A DNA stretch of 62,746 nt, filler included, from Pirum gemmata (Eukaryota), in NCBI GenBank assembly GCA_002812295.1. It is 15 parts of 15 records of this genome, joined end to end, with 100 filler letters (N's around TTAATTAATTAA, not from the genome) between each part and the next. Parts side by side here need not be neighbours in the genome. Positions count along the whole stretch, not along the records: positions 7,637 to 12,621 come from PDIN01001979.1; positions 12,722 to 17,130 come from PDIN01001980.1; positions 17,231 to 21,002 come from PDIN01001981.1; positions 21,103 to 24,857 come from PDIN01001982.1; 11 more parts are not named here. One strand, given 5' to 3'. Under the pieces are notes generated by a model. The model worked only from the letters and a program-made list of their open reading frames with translations, searched no databases and had not been told where the DNA came from. The position numbers and the translations under genes are program-made. Shown here piece after piece: positions 11,801 through 23,383 of the stretch. Numbering within the stretch: the stretch's first letter is position 1; each line of letters opens with the position of its first letter.

Positions 11801-12317
11801 TCTTGGCAAAAATTGGAAGAAAAGTTTCGTAGTGTTGGGCTTCAATTGAACCAGGAACAACATCCCAACTTTGGATATCGATATTTGTTGCACTCAGAGT
11901 AGAGTCGTCCACATTATGTTGGGCGATAAGTGGCATGATTTCGTATAACAACACAGGTGTAAATATCACCAAAAGAAGATTACAGCAAATGAGTGCAACA
12001 ATTACCCAGAACAGCCATTTTTTCATACCCCCCCAACACATACGATTATTACGAGCAAATCTGTTAGAGATTAAACCCTCCTCTTCTTCGTTTGGTTTAT
12101 TACCATAAGGAGAAGAAGTAGGGGAAGGATCAGAGTATTCTGGCAAATACGATTTATTTGAAATGCTATCATCGATGTCTACATCATTTGAAAGACCCAT
12201 GGTAAGACAGTCTTCTGTTTTGCCTTCTTTTTCTGTAACAGGAACATCTACCATGGCATCGTCAAGAACCACTGATGTCTCTTGGTCGCCACTATTACTA
12301 ATGTCTATATCAGACAT
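8898..12317 (-). CDS. Type II membrane protein: acidic N-tail, TM, Tag1/DUF3712(LEA_2)-like region, C-terminal pectinacetylesterase/Notum-family alpha/beta hydrolase
   Basis: 1139-aa intronless ORF with a TM at about aa 100-125. Esterase motifs LLLYFQGGG, YCSGDVHAG, GCSAG (nucleophile), QSKADKVQ and QHCF. The post-TM PLIAQHNVDDSTL and PFGRIAIPEM resemble DUF3712 proteins (less certain). Confidence 0.85.
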   Translation of the reverse strand: MSDIDISNSGDQETSVVLDDAMVDVPVTEKEGKTEDCLTMGLSNDVDIDDSISNKSYLPEYSDPSPTSSPYGNKPNEEEEGLISNRFARNNRMCWGGMKKWLFWVIVALICCNLLLVIFTPVLLYEIMPLIAQHNVDDSTLSATNIDIQSWDVVPGSIEAQHYETFLPIFAKKCKEAAANFNLTKCDKYPDGEALKNKEFFLNNATLKDTLCCVNEYVGAIFEYPSKVKGKTSVLAALSTFLGGDAPLAKVGSLTWREFFDSVNIQSCSAFNPASVQGKMDVHLTGIPSFLKGSLSESYIDLYGHHDDPATDKPFGRIAIPEMSLNNIEGDARVVKDVKFTIKVFDRIQFLMNNFNLLNLDPFTTGETIWKQVGTLGVNIDFGKTYHIPVNLNKDTKLSNAVFSSGPFSVRNHNAKVDINDPFGFLGCMILDVLPSFMDEEAESPLEFDTLKDMFMGEESAFAGVDFLGRRRRSSDNSLNSKPTGLCNIADLDMNNIDMNDPEQVKEVYKCMGGFLHSFFPKKLTEKLNGIESTRESNRDPVQIFQNFNMEGSLQGLVESFLDSKSAKKTAAPSQTRTRRDTKYDPFTSGEYGSCTMDSATGEECKLSKLSGGPYVVYPEISTNTIDGIKPTCLFGDDYGFTVHEGKGENKSKLLLYFQGGGADWDNIVNDLNGLKIMKSSLETQWNFDFGFDLPDAFDFTTGTADLKVPKIEGVFDQSNPANPFATWTIVQVLYCSGDVHAGNQTKESIAPLKIIDTHYRHGYVNTMSVLNWILKQDDIKVPTTLVMMGCSAGALGAQVWNAKVQQMLGATSGNTALFVDSYVGVFPNNNSTVKHTTGKFDIVMDQTDNKCYNVSQDYGVKHLLSAPIGSVVNNDWKLCDVMGTVFGSSASKVNDCKQNKFDIVEFFGGEFDKLNAPVHFIQSKADKVQRLFGALVDFTVTRDAGMATSNNDKISVNTFAPNLDVCKDYKDNKGYTHCEKLDSCAVPGIQNEYRYYNNVTLTKRDPENNLYLMQLLRNIDGASSLRSILGTLIEKLFSSIKDFMMSGGVHGHGSYWKKGKEILEKYKTKKKTWFVPNNDQHCFTCYDALYKDDVTVIGNSKLLDWIQEGVNNAMSGNKKIVAKITAPQNKDYPTDLLK

Positions 12318-13182
12318 TTTGATTGTTTTTCTTTTTAATTTAACGTATGTGTTAAAAAAAATGTTTTTGATATGATATATTTTTTTTTCTTACTATTTTA
12401 TTAATTGCTATTGTTTTTTAAAATAGTAATTATGTAAAATTAAAAAAATATATAAATCATTATACAAAATATATATTTATTTTTTTGACTTGTTCTTCTT
12501 TTTTTTATTTATATTTATATAATATATCGGCTACGTTTAAAGTTCCGCTGCTACTAATCATAGCAATAATAAAATTTTAAATCATACAACTATCATACGT
12601 ATTTACTTTTACATATGACATNNNNNNNNNNNNNNNNNNNNNNNNNNNNNNNNNNNNNNNNNNNNTTAATTAATTAANNNNNNNNNNNNNNNNNNNNNNN
12701 NNNNNNNNNNNNNNNNNNNNNATTATTATTACTTCCGCTACGACTACCGTTGTATGTAAAATCTTTATCCAAGAAACTCATTTTTTCAAAAAATGGTTTT
12801 GAATAAGTAGAGTGGTAGATAGAGTGTGTGAGAGAAGGAGAGAATGAGATAATGAAAGAGTGAAAGAGTGAGAGTAACTAGATAATAAAATATATAAAAG
12901 AATAAATAAAGTTATTGCAGAAATTTCGTAAATGTAAATTTGCACTTTATCTTAACTTTCATCTCTATTCAAATATTAACATTATGATAAAGATAACAAG
13001 AAAATGATATTGAATAATAAAAATGAAAATGGGCCAACAAAAATTAAAAAATTCCATACAATGAATAATAAAAACAAAAACCTAATTCAGTAACGATAAT
13101 GATAATGATAATGATGATTATGATAACGGTGGTAATGTTGATAATGTTGATAATGTTGATAATGGTCGAGGAGGAGGAGGGG

Positions 13183-13219
<37 letters not shown>

Positions 13220-14151
13220 TAAATAATAATAATAATAATAATAATAATAAAGTTAATGAATAAATACATCAATAAATGAATAGCATTATTATCATAAATT
13301 AATTAATTATGGGGAACGTTCAAATACTACGTAGTAGAGGTCTAATATCCAGTGAAGATGTAGTACTAGTAAAGATAATAATTATCTTGCTTTTCTTTTA
13401 TTTTCGTCACTTTGATTCTTTACTTAGTACTTTCAAATTTAAATAGTTATTTTCAAATTAAATAAATAATAAACATTCAAGATTTTAATTAAAATTTAAC
13501 TAGAGCTAATTTGTAATTATTGTAAATTTTAAATTTATATGCACTCATGACCAAATAAATAATAATAATAGCTAATAGGTTTAGGGTTAGGGATCGATGA
13601 TTAAATATATTGAAATATCCATAAGTTGATTTTTAACGGTCAATTGATTATTGAAGGACAAAATCTACTAGGACAAATCTATCATTTATATTTTAATATT
13701 ATAATACTGAGTTGGTAACGTTTAAAATACTCTCACAGAAAAACCGCCTATCTATCTATAGATATTTAGATAGTCTACATTCATAAAGTTCGTCAATTAT
13801 TCTTTGATAGAATTCATTGCTCGAAAGTGTGACTTAAACTGTTTTAGGAAGTAATTAATTATTAAAATGAACTTTAAAATTATGACCAAAAATGTTTTGG
13901 ACAAAGAGGCATAGGTATACGTAAGATTAGGTGACGTCCTTTTTATGGATGATTCCTACTTACGGAGATTTACGGAGTGGATGACTAGTGGATGCCATGG
14001 ATGGAGCTGGGAATTCTTGCCCATTTCTGGATGGAGTGACTCCGAGTGAGAACTTGAAGCTGAAATTGAGTAACTATAGATGACGAAATAATTTAAATAT
14101 TATTACGTCATTAGTAAAGAAAGTTCAACAAGTTCACTAGCTATCATAGTC

Positions 14152-14416
14152 AAGTATTTCATTTATTTTGTCACTCCGAATATTTATTTGGTTGGTTATA
14201 ATATTTAAATTGACATTCTGAAATGAATAAATAGATAATAAAATGTACCTATTTAAATGAAATGGATTTATATTGTATTAAGGTATTAAGGTGGTACTCT
14301 TTTTTAAAAATAATAATTGTTAAAAAATATTGTATGATAGCTATTTTAATATATAATTTTTATATAATACTGAAATTATTTTTTATAAATGATGACAAAA
14401 CAACTGAAAAGCACAA
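14152..14416 (+). mobile_element. MITE family A with an internal AT-rich insertion
   Basis: TTTCATTTATTTTGTCACTCCGAATATT...ATGATGACAAAACAACTGAAAAGCAC. Confidence 0.8.
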
Positions 14417-15127
14417 TAGTATCTGATAGTGGAAGCTATCGATATTGATACACCTCTAGTGATACACCTCTAGTAGCTAGTTATTAAGTAGGGATATCTT
14501 TTGGATTAATACAAATATTACACTTCAGTTTTATGCATTTTCATGACGACTTAGATATGTTAATTAATAAGGTACTTTTAATTATGGATTATTTTACCAT
14601 ACAATATTTAATATTATACCATGTTAATAGTAACATGTATCACTTACAAGAATATTTGGAAAAAAAAAGATAAAAATATATTTCAGTTGTACCTAGGACA
14701 TATTCAAATTAAAAGTCCTAAAAATAATTTCAAACTTTGGAGCGATATAAATTATTGCAAAGTACCTCACTATTTGCAGTTGAGTTGTAAAATAATATAA
14801 TATAATTAAAGAATAATTTAACATACTAAGCGGATTTTAAAAAATTAACTTTTCCTGGTTGCACTTGTTCGTTTCCAAAACTTTGCACTTTTTTAAAAAT
14901 CAAGAGTTGAATTTTAAAATAGTTACACATTACATTCTACCAAAATGTTTCGAATAGAATCACATTCAAAATTATGTGTTGGGGAGCTAAACATTTGTTC
15001 TTTTTCTTTACTATAAAGTCATCTATAAGTCATATACTCTTGGAGGTCAAAAGAAGCTTCTTTTCTCTCTTGGAGGGCAAAAGAAGTTCAAAAGAACAAG
15101 AGCTTTTTGAGCTTCTTTTTTCTCTAT

Positions 15128-15312
15128 GGGTTCGAGGGTCGGGCTAGCGGGTTCGGGGGTCGGGCTAGCGGGTTCGGGGGTCGGGCTAGCGGGTTCGGGG
15201 GTCGGGCTAGCGGGTTCGGGGGTTGGGCTAGCGGGTTTGGGGGTCGGGCTAGCGGGTTCGGGGTCGGGCTAGTTCGGGTCTGTCGGAGCTCGAGTTCGGG
15301 TTCGGGTTCGGG
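15128..15312 (+). repeat. GC-rich 21-bp minisatellite (GGGTTCGGGGGTCGGGCTAGC)n built from TTAGGG-like variants
   Basis: About 6-7 units followed by TTCGGG units. Confidence 0.85.
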
Positions 15313-15489
15313 TAGGGTTTTGGGTGTGGGGTTAGGATTATTAGGAGTAGACTAGTGCCTGTAATTTCCGAAGGTTTATTATAGGACTCTATAATATCGA
15401 TATGATAATATGATAATATTATGATAGTTAGGAACTTAGGAACTTAGGGTAAGGGTTAAATAGTCTGATAGTCTACCAATTTAGCTAAT

Positions 15490-15658
15490 TTTATTTATTT
15501 TGCCACTCTGAATATTTATTTGGAGTGTTATAATCTTTAAATAATTGATATTTGTAAGTTAAAATACATTGATAATAACATATACCAAATTAAATTAAAT
15601 GGACTTGTATTGTAATAACTTGGTATTATTTTATTATGACAAAACAACTGAAAAGCAC
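15490..15658 (+). mobile_element. MITE family A
   Basis: ATTTATTTTGCCACTCTGAATATT...TGACAAAACAACTGAAAAGCAC. Confidence 0.8.
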
Positions 15659-15859
15659 CTGTGAAAAGCTAGCTTAGTAGTATATTTTTCCTCTATTTTT
15701 CTACCCTGTGTAGTCTATAGTCTACTACTAGTAGCTCTAGAGAAAAAGGTTGCGGGAAGGGGATTTCGTAATTTCATCTCTGTATTTCATCTCGATTTAA
15801 TAAATAAAAATAACTCAAACGAGAGTCAAATATAAAATATATTATATTATATTTTTTTG

Positions 15860-16443
15860 ACTGTAGAAATCATTTTTTTATAGATTTCTTTCTGTTTAAT
15901 TCTAACTAGCCAAAGTATTTTAAAAAACTGGCCATTGGCTCATAATAGAGTTTTCTTAGTTAAATGATTTCTCAAATTTTGGTAGTACTTTTATTTTAAA
16001 ATTGGAGTATTTTCAGATTTTTTGGATTTTTATTAAGCTCATAGTCTATGGCGGATGTCACCATTTTTATCCGACTTGGTAGTTAAAAAAAAAAAAGAAA
16101 AAATCAAATATTGACTTCAAATAGAGTCATCTTAAATCCAGCAAATGGCAGTATTTTCAAATACATTTTTTGCTTCATTTATATAAAACTAATATTATTA
16201 TTATTACACCGTCAGCGGATAAAACTGTAGAAATCTTTTTTTTTAGTTCTTAATAATTTCTAAAACCTTTAATGCTAACAAGCCAAATTATTTTTAAAAA
16301 CTAGCAGTTGGTTTATAAAAGAGTCTTTTTAATAAGATGATTTCTCAAAATTTGGTAGTACTTCAATTGAAATTGAATCATTTTGAGATTTTTGGATCTT
16401 GAGCTCATATGGCGGATGGCGCTATTTTTATCCGGCTGGGTAG
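15860..16443 (-). mobile_element. Two tandem copies of the family C element end (TTAA-flanked, piggyBac-like)
   Basis: About 220-bp copies at 15860-16082 and 16224-16443. The first ends TTTTATCCGACTTGGTAG|TTAA. Confidence 0.6.
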
Positions 16444-16519
16444 TTAGATGGTTTGACCCCACCTTGAAAAAAAAAAAAAAAAAATTAATCTACTCTNTAC
16501 CCCCAACCACCAGCCCTTA

Positions 16520-16733
16520 ACTTGTAACCCTAACCGTAACTTCGAACCCTAACCCCAACTGTAAATTCGAACCCTAACCCTAAACGTACATCCAACACCT
16601 AACCCTAACCTCTAATGCTAACCGTACCTCTAACCCCTAACCCTAACCCTAACCCCTAACCCTAACCCCTAACCCTAACCCCTAACCCTAACCCCTAACC
16701 CTAACCCAAACCCCTAACCTTAACCCTAACCCA
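16520..16733 (-). repeat. Telomeric-type (CCCTAA/CCCCTAA)n array
   Basis: Read directly; degenerate at its left side. Confidence 0.85.
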
Positions 16734-16779
16734 ATTCTTAACTGTTTTTTATTATACTTTTTCCCCTCAAATTTTAAAA

Positions 16780-16908
16780 ATGGAAAACACCAATAGTAGT
16801 CAGCAGTTTCCCAGTAAAATTTGTATCATAAAGAATGCTATTACTTTTATTAATCAGTTGTTGATAGAAAATGAACAATTGCGAAACGTTGTTGAAGAGC
16901 AAAGTTAA
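16780..16908 (+). CDS. bHLH-leucine-zipper helix-2 fragment (exon or pseudo-exon)
   Basis: PSKICIIKNAITFINQLLIENEQLRNVVEEQ fits the bHLH helix-2 consensus KxxILxxAIxYIxxL followed by a Leu heptad. It is below the ORF-track cutoff, and no basic/helix-1 exon was found. Confidence 0.5.
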   Translation: MENTNSSQQFPSKICIIKNAITFINQLLIENEQLRNVVEEQS

Positions 16909-16971
16909 AAACGCAATGCATAAAAAAAGATTTGAACACTGGAGCAAAACCATATACAAACCCTGTTTAGC

Positions 16972-17053
16972 GGTTAGGGTTATGGTTAAAGGTTTGTGTT
17001 AGAGTTAGAGTTAGAGGTTAGGGTTAGGGTTAGGGTTAGGGTTAGGGTTAGGG

Positions 17054-17090
<37 letters not shown>

Positions 17091-17130
17091 ATAGGGATAG
17101 GGATAGGGTTAGGATTAAGATTAGGATTAG
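16972..17130 (+). repeat. Telomeric-type (TTAGGG)n array at a segment end
   Basis: Pure TTAGGG at about 17017-17090, with ATAGGG/TTAGGA variants distally. Confidence 0.85.
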
Positions 17131-17251
17131 NNNNNNNNNNNNNNNNNNNNNNNNNNNNNNNNNNNNNNNNNNNNTTAATTAATTAANNNNNNNNNNNNNN
17201 NNNNNNNNNNNNNNNNNNNNNNNNNNNNNNTTATTATTATTATTATTATTA

Positions 17252-18401
<1,150 letters not shown>

Positions 18402-18611
18402 GGTAGAGTTTTGAAGTAAAATAATTAAAATGAAAATTATTATAAACTATTCCCCTATATTTTTCAGCAGGAAAGTTGAATTGCTGAAAACTATTAATAT
18501 TAATACCGGGTATTACTATCACTATTACTATTAACAATTTTACTTTTATTATATAAGTATAATAATATTTACAAATACTTTTTTGTATTTTTGTACTAAA
18601 AACTATCATAT

Positions 18612-18725
18612 GGGAGCACTCAAATAATACGTCACGTCAAGTGGTAGGTAGGTAGGTGGTATTTGACCGGAAATTAACGTCAAGGGGTAGGTAGGTAGGG
18701 GTATTTGAAGCTGTACTTGACCAGT
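18612..18725 (-). mobile_element. Harbinger-like MITE family B fragment
   Basis: GGGAGCACTCAAATAATACGTCACGTCAAG...GGTAGGTAGG...GACCGGAAATTAACGT matches the reverse of 60833-60981. Confidence 0.75.
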
Positions 18726-18820
18726 AGTAATGTAGGAAACAATTCTTAGCTAGTAGTAGTTATGAACTTATAGTCTAGCTACTATCAGATACTAGTCTAA
18801 GTCTAGCTAGCTACAATGCT

Positions 18821-19210
18821 GTGCTTTTCATTTATTTGGATATTTATCATATTTAAATTGATACTTTTAAATAAATAAATATATAACAAAATATACCAAA
18901 TTAAATTAAATGGGTTGATATTGTATTAATTTGGAACTATTTATTGTATATTGTGTATTTTATGATGACAAAAATCACACAAAATCGACAAAAGGACAAA
19001 ATAGTCCTAAGACTAGTCTAGTGCTTTTCCTTTTTCAGTTGTTTTGTCATCATGAAATATCCAATAAATAGTACCAAATAAATACAATATAAGTCCATTT
19101 ACTATATTTTGGTATATTTTATTATCTATTTATTGATTTAAAAATAACAGTTTAAATATTATAACTCTCCAAATAAATATTCAGAGTGACAAAATAAATG
19201 AAAAGCACGA
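18821..19210. mobile_element. Inverted pair of MITE family A copies
   Basis: Plus copy at 18821-18975 and minus copy at 19019-19210, the latter ending TGAAAAGCACGA-TA. Confidence 0.8.
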
Positions 19211-19445
19211 TAGACCCCCTTTTTTTTTACGATAAACCCCCCCCCTCTAGCTAGAGGGTTATAGCCTAGCTAGCTAGCCTACTATCGATAGTCTACTAAC
19301 TAAAGGTACTAAGCTACTACCCCCCGGTCTACAATCATATTATTATTATCAGATATTATTATTATTATTATCATTAATATATTAATTATTATTATTATTA
19401 TTAATTATTAATATTATTATATCATTAACATTATTATTAGCATTA

Positions 19446-19484
<39 letters not shown>

Positions 19485-19760
19485 TAGACTTGAAAACAAA
19501 CAGAAATATATATTATCGATTTTTTTTAATATAAAACTATTCATAAGTGTTAAAAAATAAAGCAAAATTATTATTATTATTATTATTATTTTAATTTTAA
19601 TTTTAATTTTTTTTTTGTGGGTATCAGTAATAAATTATTTTATTTAGTAGCAGTATTAATAAAAGCAACACTAAAATTTAAGGCTTTCATTTATAATCCT
19701 AAACGGTTTTCTAATTTTATAAAATCAAAACTCAAACATTGATATAAAATATATAATATA

Positions 19761-20861
19761 ATGTCAATTAACAGCAATATGAGCAAAACTTTACTGTACA
19801 CTAATACTTGGGATCTTGAAGAAGACAATATGCTTGAAACCCAAGCTGACACAAGAAGTCAAACTAAGCTAAACCCTTGTGGTAACATGGAAGGACATTA
19901 TGAACATGTACATTCAATTAGTTTTGTCGAGCAAAATTACAACTCAAAAGCAAAACTAAAGAAAGTAAAAAGTAAAAGCAATTGTAACAAACAACAAGCA
20001 ATATCCCTATGTTTAAAAGTTTTTAATGTTGCTTTAATTTTGATAGCTTTAACAATTGTTGGTGTGGTTGGTTATAATACGTATAATAAAAACAGTATTC
20101 AAACACACGTTTCAAAGGTAAAATCGATTAATACCGATTTACGGGCTACAGTTGAAAATCAAAAACAAACTATTAAAAAACAAAACATTGTTATTGCAAA
20201 TTTAACTAAAAGTTCAGAAAGTTTAATGTGCATAACTGAAGGTGTTGATATTACGTTTGGGAATTTGAAGAAATTTGTTATTGATTTTGACGAGTTTAAT
20301 AATAACATAAGGTATAAAATCCAAAACGTTAATAACGAGCTGGTTGATAAAAAAACAAAATTAAAAACGTTTAATTCTAACTTGGAAGAATTAAAATTAA
20401 ATTTAACAAATGTAGAAAATGAACTACAAGAAATGAACAGTAATGGTCGTCGTGTGCTAAAAGAACTCAATAACACTAATACTAATGATAATATTATTGA
20501 TAACAATACCCATGATAATAATGTTAACGTTAAAAACATTAATGTTACTATCATCAACAATGAAAACAAAGCCATGGAAGCCATTACTAGTGTTAACCAT
20601 TCCCTTGCCGATACTAATAAAAGAAAGTGGGATACTGCACGGCGTTTGAAATATGTTAGAGGAGTATCAAAATTGGTTTCACCTTTTTCTAGGATAACGA
20701 AAGAAACGCCAAAGAAATTTGAAGAGACTTACACAGAGATACTTGGTTCTATGTGTGGTGAGAACATACCTGAAAAATACCAATTTAACTCTACTCTGGC
20801 GAATATGTACACATTTGATAACGTTTACGATACCTGTTTACAATATTGTAGTTTGAAATAA
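19761..20861 (+). CDS. Single-pass membrane coiled-coil protein, unknown function
   Basis: 366 aa; TM VFNVALILIALTIVGVVGY; long heptad-rich region; Cys cluster at the C-terminus. Confidence 0.75.
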   Translation: MSINSNMSKTLLYTNTWDLEEDNMLETQADTRSQTKLNPCGNMEGHYEHVHSISFVEQNYNSKAKLKKVKSKSNCNKQQAISLCLKVFNVALILIALTIVGVVGYNTYNKNSIQTHVSKVKSINTDLRATVENQKQTIKKQNIVIANLTKSSESLMCITEGVDITFGNLKKFVIDFDEFNNNIRYKIQNVNNELVDKKTKLKTFNSNLEELKLNLTNVENELQEMNSNGRRVLKELNNTNTNDNIIDNNTHDNNVNVKNINVTIINNENKAMEAITSVNHSLADTNKRKWDTARRLKYVRGVSKLVSPFSRITKETPKKFEETYTEILGSMCGENIPEKYQFNSTLANMYTFDNVYDTCLQYCSLK

Positions 20862-21119
20862 TAAAATTGGAAAATGTGTCCTTGTACATGTATGTAGTAT
20901 AATATACTATACTATTTTAAAAAGCTGTAGCACATAATATTATGTTACGTACATTAATAATAATATAATAATAATAATAAATAATAATATTATTAATTAA
21001 TTNNNNNNNNNNNNNNNNNNNNNNNNNNNNNNNNNNNNNNNNNNNNTTAATTAATTAANNNNNNNNNNNNNNNNNNNNNNNNNNNNNNNNNNNNNNNNNN
21101 NNTAATAATAATAACAATA

Positions 21120-21920
21120 ATGACTAGCGCATCAGAAATAGTAGTAACCTATGTTATACCCGGTTTTGGAGCTTTCTTAAGCATATTGATGAGTTCAGTT
21201 TCAATACCAGCTGTGTACCGTGCAGCCAAACAACACGACAAAGACAGATTCGACGTACTACCTTATACAAGTCTTCTCGGATTTTCATTTTCAAATATCA
21301 TATACGGTACTGTTATTAACTATAATCCTTTTATATTTTGGAATGGTTTGTATGGTGTAGTTGCATCAGGTTGGCTTATTATGAATGTTTACTCACTAAT
21401 GACTAATGAAAAAAGAAAAATGATGGCACAAGTACACGTAGTGTTAATTTTATCGATTTTAGGAGGGATTAGTTATAGTTTTGGGTATGTTGATCAGTAC
21501 AAAAGACAAAAAATTGCTAGCAGTTTGGTTGATGTTAATGCAGTGATATTTTTCTTATCTCCATTAAATGTAATTTTCAAAGTTGTAAAACATAAAGATT
21601 CGGGTTTTATGTATTGGCCATTGTTGTTAACAAGTTGTATTAATAATACCTTATGGGTAATTTATACTTTTGGGGTCATTGGTGATTATTTTTATGGTAT
21701 GCCGAATGCTGTTGGTTTTGCGTTGAATTTTTTTGGGTTAATAATTTGTTTAATTTTTCCAAACAAGGGTGGGGTATTAAACGGTAATGATATTCTTAGT
21801 ACAAGAAGTGATCGATCAAATGAAAATGATTCAACAACTAACGAGCCAAAGACGCAGTTTGTGTGTGGGGAAGATGAAAGTGAAAATAAGCTTACTAAGA
21901 ATGCACTAGTTACTGTTTAA
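21120..21920 (+). CDS. SWEET: SWEET (MtN3/saliva) sugar transporter
   Basis: 266 aa with about 7 hydrophobic segments in a 3+1+3 pattern. Motifs FDVLPY, FFLSPLNVIFKVVKHKD, LWVIY and MPNAVG. Confidence 0.9.
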   Translation: MTSASEIVVTYVIPGFGAFLSILMSSVSIPAVYRAAKQHDKDRFDVLPYTSLLGFSFSNIIYGTVINYNPFIFWNGLYGVVASGWLIMNVYSLMTNEKRKMMAQVHVVLILSILGGISYSFGYVDQYKRQKIASSLVDVNAVIFFLSPLNVIFKVVKHKDSGFMYWPLLLTSCINNTLWVIYTFGVIGDYFYGMPNAVGFALNFFGLIICLIFPNKGGVLNGNDILSTRSDRSNENDSTTNEPKTQFVCGEDESENKLTKNALVTV

Positions 21921-22134
21921 TTAATTAAAAACGGTTTAATATAATATTATATTATAATAATATATAGATATAGTAATATAGTAATAGTAATAAGTGAACA
22001 TAATATATAATTTATAATAGTTGTAATAATTTATAACAATATTTAAAATAATAAAATTATAACTGTAATAATTAATGTAATTTTTAATTTCTATTATTAT
22101 TAAGATATACAACTATACCAATAATTATAATCAT

Positions 22135-22995
22135 AATCATAATCATAATCATAATCATAATCATATCCATAACCATAACCATAACCATAACCATAACCAT
22201 AACCATAACCATAACCATAACCATAACCATAACCATAACCATAACCATAACCATAACCAAAACCATAACCANNNNNNNNNNNNNNNNNNNNNNNNNNNNN
22301 NNCATAACCATAACCATAACCATAACCATAACCATAACCATAACCAAAACCATAACCATAACCATAACCATAACCATAACCATAACCATAACCATAACTA
22401 TAACCATAACCATAACTTAAACATAACCATAACCATAATCATTATTACCATAAAATGATTCAACAATTAACGAGCCAAAGACGAAGTTTGTGTATGGGGA
22501 AGATGAAAGTGAAAATAAGCTTACTAAGAATGCACTAGTTACTGTTTAATTAAAAAAGGTTTAATATAATATTATATTATAATAATATATAGATCTATAT
22601 AGTAATAGTAATAAGTGAACATAATATATAATTTATAATAGTTGTAATACTTTATAACAATATTTAAAGTAATAAAATTATAACTGTAATAATTAATTTA
22701 ATTTTTAATTTCTATTATTATTAATTAAGATATACAACTATACCAATAACCATAACAATAACCATAACCGTAACTATTATTACCATAACCATATATAACC
22801 ATAACCATAACCATAACCATAACCATAACCATAACCATAACCATAACATAACCATAACCATAACCATAACCATAACCATAATTATAACCATAATCATAAT
22901 CATAACCATAACCATAACCATAACCATAACCATAACCATATAACTATAACCATAACCATAACCATAACCATAACCATTATTACCATAACCATAAA
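22135..22995. repeat. (CCATAA)n hexamer arrays flanking a duplicated SWEET 3' end
   Basis: Arrays at about 22150-22440 and 22750-22990. The segment at about 21823-22125 recurs at about 22452-22750, with a further short relic near 23007-23066. Confidence 0.85.
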
Positions 22996-23170
22996 CATTA
23001 TTATATTAGTACAAGAATTGATCGATCAAATAAAAATGATTCAACAAACAACAAGCCAAAGACGCATTAAATTTTTTAATAAAATTTTGTTTATTTATGT
23101 ATATTTCGTCATTCAGTTACTATCGTCATTCGTGATGTCATCGTTTCTGCACTGTACTATTACTAGTAGT

Positions 23171-23383
23171 AGGAGGGGTGAGAAGTTACTGAGAACTCTT
23201 ATGGCGAACTTTTTTGACCGAGGCACAAAGTAAATGTTGTTCGCCTGTTTTGCCTTACCATATTTAGTATTTGTAATTATTTATTTAGTAGCTAATTATT
23301 TTAGTAGTTACTTTAAAAAGAGTTCTGGAAGTTCGCCGGTCCGAGCATCCAATTAGTAAGATGACGTCATCTCATCCCTCCTC
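23171..23383. mobile_element. Putative small TIR element (family E)
   Basis: AGGAGGGGTGAGA ... TCTCATCCCTCCT inverted ends; related ATGACGTCAT-containing ends occur near 7688-7710 and 49985-50005. Confidence 0.4.

Noticed and set aside
10067..12375. Short overlapping or antisense ORFs within the esterase gene (similar ones at 26198-28135 and 32802-35314)
   Set aside because: Shadow frames of real CDSs with no independent signal.
15107..15355. Gly-rich GGRASGF repeat ORF
   Set aside because: Product of a 21-bp minisatellite with a non-ATG start.
22084..22939. MV-repeat and similar microsatellite ORFs (also VRVR, LGLG and poly-L/V/Y ORFs elsewhere)
   Set aside because: Translations of simple or telomeric repeats.
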